IMG/VR virus record: IMGVR_UViG_3300045988_160052
DNA from: a virus
Direction: 5' to 3' (one strand)
DNA: 45,154 nt
In this document: positions 33,282 through 43,576 of the stretch, piece by piece
How the letters are laid out: the number at the start of each line of letters is the position of its first letter
Numbering within the stretch: the stretch's first letter is position 1
The notes under the pieces: model-generated
Databases searched by the model: none
Told to the model about the DNA's origin: nothing
Seen by the model: only the letters and a program-made list of their open reading frames with translations
Program-made: the position numbers and the translations under genes

Positions 33282-34751
33282 ATGTCTCAATTACCAATTT
33301 CATATGACATTCAATTCAGCCTTTCCAAGGCAAGCGGAGCGGCTGCAAGAGATATGACCTTGCTTAGTTTGTTCTCAAACAAGACAAACTTTTTGCATGG
33401 CGAAAGAGTAAAATTGGCATCCACATGGGATGCTTTCCAAAAACTATGCACGGCCGGCGATAGCATTTATTGGGCAGGTAATGCATTTTTTTCTAAAACA
33501 AACAAACCGACAAGAATGGCAGTATCTGCAATCTTTGATGCAGACCAAGCTGCCTATGCATTATCTGCATCGGTAAAATTGGCGGAATTAAAAGCCGTGT
33601 CTGATGGTGCGTTCAAAATTACGGTTGACGGAGCATTAAAAGAAATTTCAGGTCTTAACTTTAACGCCGCTACATCGGTTGAAAAAGTAGCCGAAGTTTT
33701 GAACGGAGTCGCAAGCGGCGCATTCGTTGCCAGCGACTACAATGGCCAGTTGCTTGTAAAATCTGCCACACAAGGCGCATCATCTACCATCAGCTATGCT
33801 ATGGCACCGGATACCGGAACAGACGTATCCGACATGCTTGGCTTGTCTGAAAAAGCCGGTGCAACTGTTGTGGACGGCTACAAACACGGAACATTCTTGG
33901 AAGAAGTAAACCAATGTATTGATTTTGCCAACAAAATGGGCGTTAATGTGTTTGGCTTTGCTTTAGACAGCGGATACCGAGATACACAAGACCAAAAAGA
34001 CTTTGCTGATTGGGTAAATGCACGCTCATATCGCTCTGCTTGTGCCTTGGTTTCAAACAACCCAACCGCATATTCTGCAAGCGACACCACAAATATTGTG
34101 GATTACTGCAATAAAAAAGGCATGAGCAACGTTGCCACATTCTACCACAACAACGCACAGGTATATCCCGATGTTGCATATTTGGCTGAATTTTTGGCCG
34201 TTAATTATAGCTTGGACGACCAAGTTATTGATGGCAAGTTCAAAGACATTGGCATTGAAGCCGTTAATTTGCCAGATGTTGAAGCAAATTGGACAGTTCT
34301 TGAAAACAAGAGAGCAAACACCATTTTATACGTTGGCGACACCGGCAAAAAGATTGTCCGCAACGGCGACCAATCATCCATTGATTGGAGAACCGATAGC
34401 TGGATTAATATCTGCAACTTCATCTCAGAATTAGAGATTGAAACCTTAAACGTATTCTTGCGCAACAAAAAGGTTGCATATACTCCGGCAGGTCAAAACT
34501 TGCTTATTTCTGCCGCATCTAAAATCGGCAAAAAATACACCAAAAACGGCTCTTTTGCCGACCGAGAAGAACAAAACGATGCTTCAGAAAACGGCTTGTC
34601 TTTGGTGCCTGCGGTTGAGATTATTCCGCAAGAAATTTCTGAAACCACATCGGCACAACGCAAAGCCGGTATTGGCACACCAATCCAAGTCAATGTCAAT
34701 GACAGCGGTTCTATGAGAACCATTGCTTTGAACATCACTGTTACAGAGTAG
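33282..34751 (+). CDS. Contractile tail sheath protein (DUF3383-like)
   Basis: 489 aa, followed by a 135-aa tube-sized gene, a chaperone and the tape measure. Confidence 0.7.
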   Translation: MSQLPISYDIQFSLSKASGAAARDMTLLSLFSNKTNFLHGERVKLASTWDAFQKLCTAGDSIYWAGNAFFSKTNKPTRMAVSAIFDADQAAYALSASVKLAELKAVSDGAFKITVDGALKEISGLNFNAATSVEKVAEVLNGVASGAFVASDYNGQLLVKSATQGASSTISYAMAPDTGTDVSDMLGLSEKAGATVVDGYKHGTFLEEVNQCIDFANKMGVNVFGFALDSGYRDTQDQKDFADWVNARSYRSACALVSNNPTAYSASDTTNIVDYCNKKGMSNVATFYHNNAQVYPDVAYLAEFLAVNYSLDDQVIDGKFKDIGIEAVNLPDVEANWTVLENKRANTILYVGDTGKKIVRNGDQSSIDWRTDSWINICNFISELEIETLNVFLRNKKVAYTPAGQNLLISAASKIGKKYTKNGSFADREEQNDASENGLSLVPAVEIIPQEISETTSAQRKAGIGTPIQVNVNDSGSMRTIALNITVTE

Positions 34752-34763
34752 GGAGAATAAACA

Positions 34764-35171
34764 ATGTCAATTAAAAAAGTTTATAACCAAAGAAACTGTT
34801 CAGCATCTTTCAATGGTATTGATTTGAAAGGCTTAATGGACGGAAGCTCTATTGTGCTCGAACGTGTGGGCGGAGAAGTTGACATCACCGAGGGAACAGA
34901 CGGCGGCGGATTAAACCAAGCCACCGACCAAGGTGTAAGAGTTTCAATCACATTCAGAGAAACATCTCAATCAATATCAACTCTTGAAACCGCAAAGACA
35001 TTGCAACAAAGAACCGGTGTAACATCCGTCTTTGTTTTGCGAACCGGTGCCGACATGCTGGTAACAATTACCAACGCAATGGTAAGCAATCCGTCAAGCC
35101 TTAGCACAGGCGACAAAAAACAAGGCGGAATTACTTATACCTTTGTTGGCACAGATTATTTAATTAATTAA
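34764..35171 (+). CDS. Tail tube protein (DUF3277-like)
   Basis: Size, position, and a GGGAGA RBS. Confidence 0.65.
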   Translation: MSIKKVYNQRNCSASFNGIDLKGLMDGSSIVLERVGGEVDITEGTDGGGLNQATDQGVRVSITFRETSQSISTLETAKTLQQRTGVTSVFVLRTGADMLVTITNAMVSNPSSLSTGDKKQGGITYTFVGTDYLIN

Positions 35172-35193
35172 CGAAAAATCATAGGAGAAAAAA

Positions 35194-35682
35194 ATGGGGG
35201 ATTTTTCAAAAATTACAATTAACAACCACGTTTATAAGGTTGAGAGTTATTCGGTTATGGATACCGCCATGTATCACTTAGAATTTTTAAGTCAGTTTGG
35301 CGGTCTCCTTGCCGGATTAACAAAGATCGTGACCGAAAAAGATAAAAAGGTTAATGATACCGATTTTATTGCTCTTTTTAATTCCATTAAACCGGAAGAA
35401 ACGCAAAAAATCATTAATAAAATTTTGCAAAGAGTAGTCACACCGGAGAATGTCCGCTTAGACAATGAAATTGTTATTCAAGAGTGGTTTTCAAAGCCAG
35501 AAAATTGCCATGAGTTTTGGTTGGTTATTGTTGCCGCAATGGTTGAACTGTTGGGGGAACAATTGCCTGCTACGCTGAATACAGCAGTAGTAGGCTTGAA
35601 ATCAATGGTGGCAAAATTATCGACATCCCAGACGGATATCGAGCCATCAGCTTTATCTCCGGACCAATTAGACGTGGGTTAA
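35194..35682 (+). CDS. Tail assembly chaperone (G-like)
   Basis: Lies immediately upstream of the tape measure. A -1 frame stays open beyond its stop. Confidence 0.6.
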   Translation: MGDFSKITINNHVYKVESYSVMDTAMYHLEFLSQFGGLLAGLTKIVTEKDKKVNDTDFIALFNSIKPEETQKIINKILQRVVTPENVRLDNEIVIQEWFSKPENCHEFWLVIVAAMVELLGEQLPATLNTAVVGLKSMVAKLSTSQTDIEPSALSPDQLDVG

Positions 35683-35789
35683 TTAGTCTTGATTATTTAA
35701 CCAAGACAAGCGATGTTAAAACATTTTATATTGCAAAAAAAATAGATAATTGGCTTGATTATTTAGACAGCCAATCAAGAGGGGAATAA
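35547..35789 (+). other. -1 frame open window: candidate G-T type frameshift extension of the chaperone
   Basis: I checked all three frames. Only the -1 frame is open from 35547 to the TAA at 35787..35789, 3 nt before the tape-measure ATG. It encodes a protein-like sequence (...EINGGKIIDIPDGYRAISFISGPIRRGLISLDYLTKTSDVKTFYIAKKIDNWLDYLDSQSRGE). Confidence 0.45.
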
Positions 35790-35792
35790 TAA

Positions 35793-37292
35793 ATGGCAAT
35801 AGCTAACGAACTTGTCCAACTTTTAAGTTTCAAACTAAGCGACCAATCCAAAGCCGCCTTTGAAACATTCAAAAAAGGTCTTGAGGATTTAAGATCCGGA
35901 ATGCAAGCCGTTGCAGCAACAGCAACAGCCACCGGCACAGCTATTGCCATGACCATTAAATCCGTATCTGATGAAGCTGTTCAATTAACCAATTTGAGCA
36001 AAACAACCGGCATCGCCACAAAGACACTGCAAGAATATAAATACGCTGCCGAGAGTGTTGGCGTTTCTGCGGATTCCGTAACGTCTGATTTACAAATGTT
36101 AATGGAAACTATGTCATCGCCAATCCCCGGAGAGTTTAACGAAGCCTTGTTCATGATGGGCATCGGCATCAGAGATGCATCCGGAAAAATGAAATCCGCC
36201 GATGCATTGCTTGGCGATATTGCCGATAAATTAAACAGCATGAACGAGCAAAGAGCGTTGCAATGGGCGAACCGCCTTGGATTAAGCAATGACACGCTTG
36301 TTTTGATAAAAAACGGAAAACTAGCCCTTGAGGATTTGCGAAAAGAAGCAAACGCTCTCGGAGCGGTTATTCCAGAAGAAGCATTACAAAGAGGGGCAGA
36401 GTTTAAGAAATCGCTCAACGCTCTTGAGTTTGCGTTTAAAGGTGTGGGCCGAACGGTAGCCTTGTCAGTTGCTCCCGGTTTAACCAATGTTGTATCATCC
36501 ATAAAAGATTGGATTGTGGCAAATTCATATCTTTTGAAGCAGGGGTTAGAAAAAACCGTAAAAGGTATTGGAGATGGCCTAACCGGAACAACCGACATTC
36601 TCGGAATATTCATCAAAAACATAAGAGGATTTTTGCCGGATTTAGGCGAATTTAATGACCAATTTAATTTGACTTCTTTAATCAGCGGAACTTTGCGAGG
36701 GGCATTGCTTGGTTTGTTAATTATATTCACGCCGATGGTTGCAAAACTTGCATTAGTCGGAACGGCATTCACCGTTGCTGCTTTGGCTATTGAAGATTTT
36801 GTGATCTGGTGCATGAATGGAGAATCCGCCCTTGGCAAACTTTTGGATAAGTGGGATAATTGGGCAGAAAGATGGAAACAAGAAAGTTGGTGGAAAGCAG
36901 CCATAGCCGGAGCCGCAACCATGCCCCAAGAAATTGGTAAATCTTTTGCAGAACTTAAATCATGGTTTGAACCGGAAACAACATCAGAGTTTAGCGAAAA
37001 TCTTCAAAAAAGCGGAAATAAAAAAACTGTGGATAACCAGAAACAATCTGCGGTAAATTTATTTGATACCTTGTCCGAAATGTCTTCTATGCTCCAAACA
37101 CCAAACAATCAACAACAAATCATGAGCGAAAAGGTTCAATCCGCAGTTCCACAGCAAACGACAATTAATAATGCACCGCAAATAACCATTATGACCGGAG
37201 CGAACGCACAAGAGGTAATGAACGTATTGACACCATACATTAGCACCGCTCAAACGAATACACCCGGACAATTTACGCCATTTGTGAGGTAA
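35793..37292 (+). CDS. Tail tape measure protein (499 aa)
   Basis: Position. Ala/Gly/Leu-rich with a hydrophobic central segment (LLGLLIIFTPMVAKLALVGTAFTVAALAI). Confidence 0.8.
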   Translation: MAIANELVQLLSFKLSDQSKAAFETFKKGLEDLRSGMQAVAATATATGTAIAMTIKSVSDEAVQLTNLSKTTGIATKTLQEYKYAAESVGVSADSVTSDLQMLMETMSSPIPGEFNEALFMMGIGIRDASGKMKSADALLGDIADKLNSMNEQRALQWANRLGLSNDTLVLIKNGKLALEDLRKEANALGAVIPEEALQRGAEFKKSLNALEFAFKGVGRTVALSVAPGLTNVVSSIKDWIVANSYLLKQGLEKTVKGIGDGLTGTTDILGIFIKNIRGFLPDLGEFNDQFNLTSLISGTLRGALLGLLIIFTPMVAKLALVGTAFTVAALAIEDFVIWCMNGESALGKLLDKWDNWAERWKQESWWKAAIAGAATMPQEIGKSFAELKSWFEPETTSEFSENLQKSGNKKTVDNQKQSAVNLFDTLSEMSSMLQTPNNQQQIMSEKVQSAVPQQTTINNAPQITIMTGANAQEVMNVLTPYISTAQTNTPGQFTPFVR

Positions 37293-37295
37293 GAT

Positions 37296-37868
37296 ATGGT
37301 TGGAATATCCTTAAATACGATTGCAAATTTTTTATTTGGGCAGGCTCTCATTAGTTCTCCGACATACGGCGATATTAAAGCAGATATAAAAATCTCCGAA
37401 GATCACACCAGAAAAAACGATGTGACACAAAACACGCTTGAAAGCGGAGCAATTATTGCCGATCATGTCATCATACATCCGAGAGTTTTATCCATAAATT
37501 TTGGCGTAACCAATACCGGATGGACAAGCTTGCTTGAAAGCCGAAGCCAAGAGATATTTGACAAGCTTGATAACATTAGCCAAACGCAAGAACTTGTTAC
37601 GGTAACAACCGAGCATTATTCCTACACAAATATGATGATTTCAAACGTTCGCATGCTTCATTCTTCGCCATATAAAGGAGCGTTGCAAATTGCTTGCGAT
37701 TTTGAACAATTAAATTTTTCAAGTTTGCAAGTGATAAAAACGCCGGAAACAGTATCCTCAATTGGCGGAATTGGGAAATCTTTAACCGATAAAGTAAACG
37801 CCGGAAAACAGCAAGTGCAGGAAATGAGCGGAAACCTAAAAAGCACGCTATCGGGCTTTTTTGATTAG
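37296..37868 (+). CDS. Tail/baseplate assembly protein (function unresolved)
   Basis: Called on position after the tape measure. Confidence 0.5.
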   Translation: MVGISLNTIANFLFGQALISSPTYGDIKADIKISEDHTRKNDVTQNTLESGAIIADHVIIHPRVLSINFGVTNTGWTSLLESRSQEIFDKLDNISQTQELVTVTTEHYSYTNMMISNVRMLHSSPYKGALQIACDFEQLNFSSLQVIKTPETVSSIGGIGKSLTDKVNAGKQQVQEMSGNLKSTLSGFFD

Positions 37869-37879
37869 GAGATTTGCAG

Positions 37880-38227
37880 ATGCCTTTTATTGTGCCACTT
37901 ACCAATGACGGATCACGCAGAGCCACATACAACCTTGGCGGAAAGGATTATATCATAGAAACCTATTATTTGCCAAAAACAAACTGTTGGTTAATGGATA
38001 TTTATGACATAAACGACAATCCGATTTTGACCGGAATAAACCTTGTTCCGGGTGTGGATAATTTGGTTAAAGGATTATGCATTGAGTTTGACGAGCAAGC
38101 ATTCCAAATTCAAACCACAGACGGCGGAAACAACGACACACCCGATAGCCTTGGAACAACCGCATTTTTAATTTATTACGCAAAGGGCGAAGAAGTGCCG
38201 GCATCATATGAGGATATTATGCTATGA
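37880..38227 (+). CDS. Small tail/baseplate protein (115 aa)
   Basis: ATG 37880 with an AGGAGA RBS. The track start at 37874 is TTG. Confidence 0.5.
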   Translation: MPFIVPLTNDGSRRATYNLGGKDYIIETYYLPKTNCWLMDIYDINDNPILTGINLVPGVDNLVKGLCIEFDEQAFQIQTTDGGNNDTPDSLGTTAFLIYYAKGEEVPASYEDIML

Positions 38228-39102
38228 CAGATTTTTGCCGAGAAATAGAGGTTATATTCGGGCCGCTCAAAGATTGGGAAAATAATGAGGGGAAAAATCC
38301 GCTTGTTCGCATTTTATCAGACGGAACGCCAAACACATTGCGAGTAAGAGCCAAAGTGTCAAAGACTATGCTCGGCGTGCCAAACTCAAGCACCATTTCA
38401 ATTTGGAATTTGAGCCGAGAAACAAGAAACTCCATTTGCCAAAGTCAATTGAGCGTAAAAGTCTATGCCGGTTATAGGGGGCAAAAAAAAGAACTGTTAT
38501 TCTCCGGCGGTGTTTTGTCGGTAGTGGTAGAAAAAAGCGGAGCCGACATCATCACTCACTTGAACGGACTAGATGGACAAAGCAACCTATTGCGTTCGGT
38601 TGTTTCTCAATCTTTTGAGCAACAAGTGGAATTAAAAGAGGTTTTAAAAAAAGTTGCTGCCGAAATTGAGGGCGTAAACATTAATCCGGATGACATTAAC
38701 ATTGATGGCCAAACGGGATATTCCGGAATTGTTGCAAGCGGACCGGCAAGAGCCGTATTGGATAAATTGGGGCAGCAATACGGATTTAATTGGTTTATTG
38801 AAAATGGAAACTTTAAGGCTGTGGGCGACAAAAAAGTCTTCAGCCAAACGATTGTGCTTGATGGTGCTTCTAGGTTAAAGAAAGTTGCCCCATTGCTTTC
38901 TGGGCCAGCACAAGCACAAATAGGGGTAGACATCCAAGCGATGTATGTTCCGGGTGTCTCCCCTGCCAATTCGGTAAAAGTCATAAGTTCGGTTAATCCT
39001 CTTATGAACGGAACGTACAAGATCCACAATGCCGACTTTGACCTAGATACAAGGTCAGACAGTTGGGATATGAGTTTGCAATGTTTTACAGTGGGGTTAT
39101 AA
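38224..39102 (+). CDS. Putative baseplate hub protein
   Basis: 292 aa, directly upstream of the spike gene. Start overlaps the upstream stop (ATGA). Confidence 0.45.
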   Translation: MTDFCREIEVIFGPLKDWENNEGKNPLVRILSDGTPNTLRVRAKVSKTMLGVPNSSTISIWNLSRETRNSICQSQLSVKVYAGYRGQKKELLFSGGVLSVVVEKSGADIITHLNGLDGQSNLLRSVVSQSFEQQVELKEVLKKVAAEIEGVNINPDDINIDGQTGYSGIVASGPARAVLDKLGQQYGFNWFIENGNFKAVGDKKVFSQTIVLDGASRLKKVAPLLSGPAQAQIGVDIQAMYVPGVSPANSVKVISSVNPLMNGTYKIHNADFDLDTRSDSWDMSLQCFTVGL

Positions 39103-39810
39103 ATGGATTATAGTGGGAATAAAGATGCCGGAATTGAATTTAATTTGCAGTTTGACCGAAATGTTGCAAATATTCATACTTCCATACCGGCCATTATTCA
39201 AAGCGTGGATTATGCTAATCAAACAGTATCGGCAATACCTGCCATACAAATAAAAGTTGTTGATCCAAACACAAAAATAGTTCGCTACATCAATCGGCCG
39301 TTAATTACGAATATTCCTATGGCTTTATCATGGAGCGAGGGTTTAGGCATGGGAACAACAATGCCGTATAGAATAGGCGACAAATGCACGCTTATGTTTG
39401 CCGAACGAGCCTTGGACAACTTTTTAATCACCGGAGAAATATCCGCTCCGGCAGATGGACCAACTCCCGAAACTTGTACCATTCGTTGTTTTGATGAAGC
39501 GGATGCTATGTGCTTTCCGGGAATTATCACAAAAGCAAAAATTCCAAATTACAGCCCCGATGCGGTAGAAATACGCAATGCCGATAAAAGTTCTTTGTTT
39601 AGTCTGTCAAATAGCAGTTTGACATTAAAACAGGGTTCGGCTAGTATAACCATAGCAAACAACAAAATAACGATTGTTGGGGATATTGAGCATACCGGCA
39701 ACCAAACAACAAGCGGCGATGTTGTCGCTGGCGGAATTAGCCTAAAAGGACACACGCACAAATATAACCCCGGTCCAGGAAGTCCAACACCAACACAACC
39801 GCCGGAATAG
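39103..39810 (+). CDS. Baseplate central spike (gpV / gp138-like)
   Basis: OB-fold-like N-terminus. C-terminal beta-helix with GISLKGHTHKYNPGPG (an H-x-H tip motif). Confidence 0.6.
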   Translation: MDYSGNKDAGIEFNLQFDRNVANIHTSIPAIIQSVDYANQTVSAIPAIQIKVVDPNTKIVRYINRPLITNIPMALSWSEGLGMGTTMPYRIGDKCTLMFAERALDNFLITGEISAPADGPTPETCTIRCFDEADAMCFPGIITKAKIPNYSPDAVEIRNADKSSLFSLSNSSLTLKQGSASITIANNKITIVGDIEHTGNQTTSGDVVAGGISLKGHTHKYNPGPGSPTPTQPPE

Positions 39811-39819
39811 GAGAATATA

Positions 39820-40176
39820 ATGAGCGTTGATTTTGCGATAAATCATAAAACAAATGACATCGCCACCAAAGACGGAAAGATGTATTATGTAAACGGCGGT
39901 AATGAAGTGGCACAAAGGGTATTAACACGCATCCGCCGCATAAAAGGCGAATGGATAAATTATACCCCTGCCGGAATGCCTTATTATACCGAAATTTTAG
40001 GAAAAAAGGATGTGCAGAGATTTAATCTTTTGTTGCGTAAAGAAATTTTTAATACGACCGGCGTGGAAGAAATACGCAAATTAAATTTGATTTTTGATAG
40101 CAAAAGCGGAAAATGCTCCGTATTTGCAGAAATTAAGGTAAATGGCGAATTTTTTACAATTAGCGAGGATTTATAA
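39820..40176 (+). CDS. Baseplate wedge protein (gpW/gp25-like)
   Basis: 118 aa, between the spike and J-like genes. Contains an ...EVAQRVLTRIRRIKGEW... pattern. Confidence 0.55.
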   Translation: MSVDFAINHKTNDIATKDGKMYYVNGGNEVAQRVLTRIRRIKGEWINYTPAGMPYYTEILGKKDVQRFNLLLRKEIFNTTGVEEIRKLNLIFDSKSGKCSVFAEIKVNGEFFTISEDL

Positions 40177-40178
40177 AA

Positions 40179-41390
40179 ATGGCAGAATTTGGAATGACAG
40201 ATACCGGCTTCAAGCCAAAAAGAATTGCAGATGTTTATAACAGCATAAAAGCCAGAATAACCGAAATAACCGATGAAAAAACCGGCGAAAAGGTGTTTAT
40301 AAACGAAAGTGATGACAGCTTATTTATGCAATTTAATTTTATTGTCGCAGAAGCCATTGCTGAATGTTGGGAACAAGCCTATCAGGCTTCAACTGTTCGT
40401 GATCCTCTTAAAGCCAAAGGGGCAATTTTGCGAGGATTAATTCAACTAAACGGATTATTGGCAAAATTTGGAAGTTATACACAGATAAATATTGAAGTTT
40501 CCGGATTAGCAAACGCCGCCATTCCAAAGGGTTCGCTTATTTCTGATACATCAAATTCGGTTATATATTCCATAGACCAAACCATAACCATCGGCTCAAC
40601 CGGAAAAGCAACCGGAACAGCCACGGCATTAACCAAAGGTCCATTAAACCCAAATGTTAATACAATTATTGTGATTAAAACACCGACATACGGATGGACA
40701 AATGTTAAAAACACCGGCGTTGTGGTTGTTGGGGCAGAACCGCAAACAGATGACGAATTACACCTTGAACAGCAAAGAGCCACATCAAACACCGCATATC
40801 GCCAAATTGATGCGATATATTCCGGTCTTTTGAATGTTCCGGGGGTTGAATTTGCTCGTGTATATCAAAACACCGGCATGACCACAGACAGCCGAGGGAT
40901 TGAAGCTAAGAGCGTTGCTGCGGTTGTTGTTGGCGGCACCAACGAAGATATAGCACAAGCCATTGATAAAAAATCTGCAAATATCAACAGCTTTTTTGGC
41001 ACAACATCGGTAGATGTTACCGACAATCAAGGACAAGTAAACAAAATCAAATTCAGCCGTCCGACAAACGTTGAGATTGATGTTGAAATCAGCATAACCG
41101 TAACAAATTCTTCTTTATTTCCGGCATCCACACAAGAAGCCATTGACCAGATAAAGAACAATATTATAAGTTATGCACAATATAATTTGCAGGCGACCGA
41201 GGGATTTGCTCCCGGTGTTGATGTTGTTCGCACCAGATTATATACACCGGTTAATGAAGTCCCCGGTTTTAAGATAAACAGCTTAAAAATCGGCAAGCAT
41301 AGCCAATCAACGAGCGAAAACGACATTGAGATTGCATGGAATGAAGTTGCCGTATTTAAGGAAGCAAATATTGACGTTGATGTTGTGTAG
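40179..41390 (+). CDS. Baseplate J-like wedge protein
   Basis: 403 aa, in the canonical position after the W-like gene. Confidence 0.6.
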   Translation: MAEFGMTDTGFKPKRIADVYNSIKARITEITDEKTGEKVFINESDDSLFMQFNFIVAEAIAECWEQAYQASTVRDPLKAKGAILRGLIQLNGLLAKFGSYTQINIEVSGLANAAIPKGSLISDTSNSVIYSIDQTITIGSTGKATGTATALTKGPLNPNVNTIIVIKTPTYGWTNVKNTGVVVVGAEPQTDDELHLEQQRATSNTAYRQIDAIYSGLLNVPGVEFARVYQNTGMTTDSRGIEAKSVAAVVVGGTNEDIAQAIDKKSANINSFFGTTSVDVTDNQGQVNKIKFSRPTNVEIDVEISITVTNSSLFPASTQEAIDQIKNNIISYAQYNLQATEGFAPGVDVVRTRLYTPVNEVPGFKINSLKIGKHSQSTSENDIEIAWNEVAVFKEANIDVDVV

Positions 41391-41402
41391 GAGAAAAAAC
41401 AA

Positions 41403-42050
41403 ATGACCGTTCAAAATTTGGAGCTTGATTTTTCTCAATACGAAGACAAAAGCCTTTATTCACAAGCAAAGACAAGGGTTTTGTATCAGTATGCATCATC
41501 GCCGATATATATGAAAATCATCAAAGCCTACATGGAAGAAATTCAAGAGCTATACAAGGCTATAATTGACCTACAAAAGCGAAGTTTTATTTTTTATGGA
41601 CAAGGGCAAGACTTAGACCTTATAGGGCTTATTTTGGGGCAAAAAAGGGCGTTCTTCAATTATGATACTACATATTGGTTTGCTCCGGACAATATAGAAA
41701 CTTGCGTAGACAAAGGTCATGCATGGTGTCAAAATGCCGAGCAGGCTATTGTTGAAAATATGAGTGATGACACATATCGCCGATATTTATGGGGAAAAGC
41801 ACTCAAAAACCACTTTAAATTTGCATCTCGTGAAGAATTGCAGAGAATTATATTTGAGATTATGGAAATTTATGTATCGTTCTCGGATGCCGACAAATGC
41901 GATGTTGATTTGATTGTTCCGGAATCTATTAGCAAAACGGACAGAAATTATTTGACCTATGTCGCTGATAACGACCAAGTTGACCAAACATCAAATATAC
42001 CATATCCTGCAACTATGAAAATCAGAGATGTTATTGAAAGAAAGGGCTAA
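41403..42050 (+). CDS. Baseplate wedge/tail-fibre-attachment protein (DUF2612-like)
   Basis: LYQYASSPIYMKIIKAY pattern. Lies between the J-like and fibre genes. Confidence 0.4.
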   Translation: MTVQNLELDFSQYEDKSLYSQAKTRVLYQYASSPIYMKIIKAYMEEIQELYKAIIDLQKRSFIFYGQGQDLDLIGLILGQKRAFFNYDTTYWFAPDNIETCVDKGHAWCQNAEQAIVENMSDDTYRRYLWGKALKNHFKFASREELQRIIFEIMEIYVSFSDADKCDVDLIVPESISKTDRNYLTYVADNDQVDQTSNIPYPATMKIRDVIERKG

Positions 42051-42053
42051 AAA

Positions 42054-42851
42054 ATGGCAATACAAAACAGAAGCACAACATTGCCGGAGATTTGGGCAAA
42101 AAACGCACAAACAACAATTCCAACGCCACCGGTTGCCGGCATAACATACCGCAATCAGGCATTGAACTCCACAGCCATTGATAAAGCATGGGCGTATAAA
42201 GAAATTGTGGATAGTGCAAACTTTAACCAACATGCCTATTTGCAAGATATGCTCATTAAAGAAGCCGAGCAATATGGCGTTATGCGTTGGAACAATACCA
42301 CAACGTATAAAGAGGGCGGTTTTTGCCTTGCAGAAGATGGCAATTTATATCAAGCCAAAAGAGATAACGTCAATAAAGAACCAACTGCTAATTCCGCCGA
42401 TTGGGGAAAATATCCGGAATTGTCCGCATATCAGCTGAAATCTAACCTTGTTCAATCTTTATCACAAGCAACAGACAAATATCCATCTGCAAAGGCAGTA
42501 CAAGATGCAGTTAATGCTAAGCAAGCCACAATCACTGGCGGAGCAACTACAATAGTAAGTAGCAATTTGACTGCAAATAGAGCATTGATGTCAAATAGTG
42601 ATGGGAAAGTTGCTGTTTCAGCTGTTACAAGTACAGAGTTAGGCTATTTGGATGGAGTAACAAGTGCAATTCAGACACAGTTGAATTCTAAGCAAACAAC
42701 AGCAAACTTGTCACAGACAATTGACACAAGCACAACAAAATATCCTAGTAATAAAGGTGTTGTTGATTATTCAAATAAAAGACATCAGATTGTAAGTGCT
42801 TTACCTTCGTCCCCAGATAGCAATGTATTTTATTATATTCCAGAGGAGTGA
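42054..42851 (+). CDS. Tail fibre protein (mosaic)
   Basis: Two fibre-repeat motifs (TDKYPSAKAVQDAV and TTKYPSNKGVVDY) plus TSTELGYLDGVTSAIQTQLNSKQ. Base composition switches within the gene near 42430. Confidence 0.7.
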   Translation: MAIQNRSTTLPEIWAKNAQTTIPTPPVAGITYRNQALNSTAIDKAWAYKEIVDSANFNQHAYLQDMLIKEAEQYGVMRWNNTTTYKEGGFCLAEDGNLYQAKRDNVNKEPTANSADWGKYPELSAYQLKSNLVQSLSQATDKYPSAKAVQDAVNAKQATITGGATTIVSSNLTANRALMSNSDGKVAVSAVTSTELGYLDGVTSAIQTQLNSKQTTANLSQTIDTSTTKYPSNKGVVDYSNKRHQIVSALPSSPDSNVFYYIPEE

Positions 42852-42854
42852 TGT

Positions 42855-43574
42855 ATGCCAATATATAAAGGTTCAAAAAAAATTCAAGATATTTATTCTG
42901 GCAATATTAAAATAGGAAAAGTTTATAAAGGGAGTGTATTGGTTTATGCTTCTAGTGTTAATGATGGTGCATATATTAAGCAGCCAGATTTTACAAAAAT
43001 TGTAAGTTTTTCTGCAAATGAGGTAAGATATGCAAGTGATGATGTTTGGGTAAATGTTTGCTGCAATTCTGCATTTAATTATAATTTCAGCACTATATTG
43101 CTTGAAATTTGTAAAAAACAAGATTTTTCAAGCAATGTATTATATTTATTTAAATCAACAGCCTCGAATGGCATAACTTGGGCAAAAGGCGGTTCTATGT
43201 TCTATGTTCCAAAAGGTTGGTATTATAGAAGTAACTCAACAAACATAAGACAAGAAATAAGCTGTGTATCCACATCAGGGAAATTGCCATATAAATATAG
43301 AGATTCAATGGTAAAAGCACCTAATTATGAAACAGGAGTGTCTGTTTCTCAAAATCAGATAGCTTTTGCAGATAAAGATAAGTGGCTTAGAAGTTATGGA
43401 AGTACTAGAAATATTGAAGTTTCAAAAAATTCAGATATGTCTAGCTCTGTTAAAATAGCCGGAGGCATTACAAGTGCAACAGTTGAGCCTTCCTGCCTTG
43501 TGTTTATTGAAAAGGGTCTTTATTTTAGAACAAGTGGAACAGAAAATACAGTTTTTAATTGTTTGGAGGTTTAA
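42855..43574 (+). CDS. Distal fibre / receptor-binding candidate (239 aa), AT-rich
   Basis: N-terminal IYKGSKKIQDIYSGNIKIGKVYKGSVLVY beta-repeat. Lies in the low-CpG island. Confidence 0.45.
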   Translation: MPIYKGSKKIQDIYSGNIKIGKVYKGSVLVYASSVNDGAYIKQPDFTKIVSFSANEVRYASDDVWVNVCCNSAFNYNFSTILLEICKKQDFSSNVLYLFKSTASNGITWAKGGSMFYVPKGWYYRSNSTNIRQEISCVSTSGKLPYKYRDSMVKAPNYETGVSVSQNQIAFADKDKWLRSYGSTRNIEVSKNSDMSSSVKIAGGITSATVEPSCLVFIEKGLYFRTSGTENTVFNCLEV

Positions 43575-43576
43575 AT

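Noticed and set aside
35981-36922. 313-aa ORF on the minus strand, the longest antisense ORF in the track.
   Set aside because: It lies wholly antisense to the tape-measure gene. It has no RBS or promoter, and its S/P/A/F-rich composition is what you get from reverse-reading an A/G/L-rich gene. I treat it as a shadow ORF.
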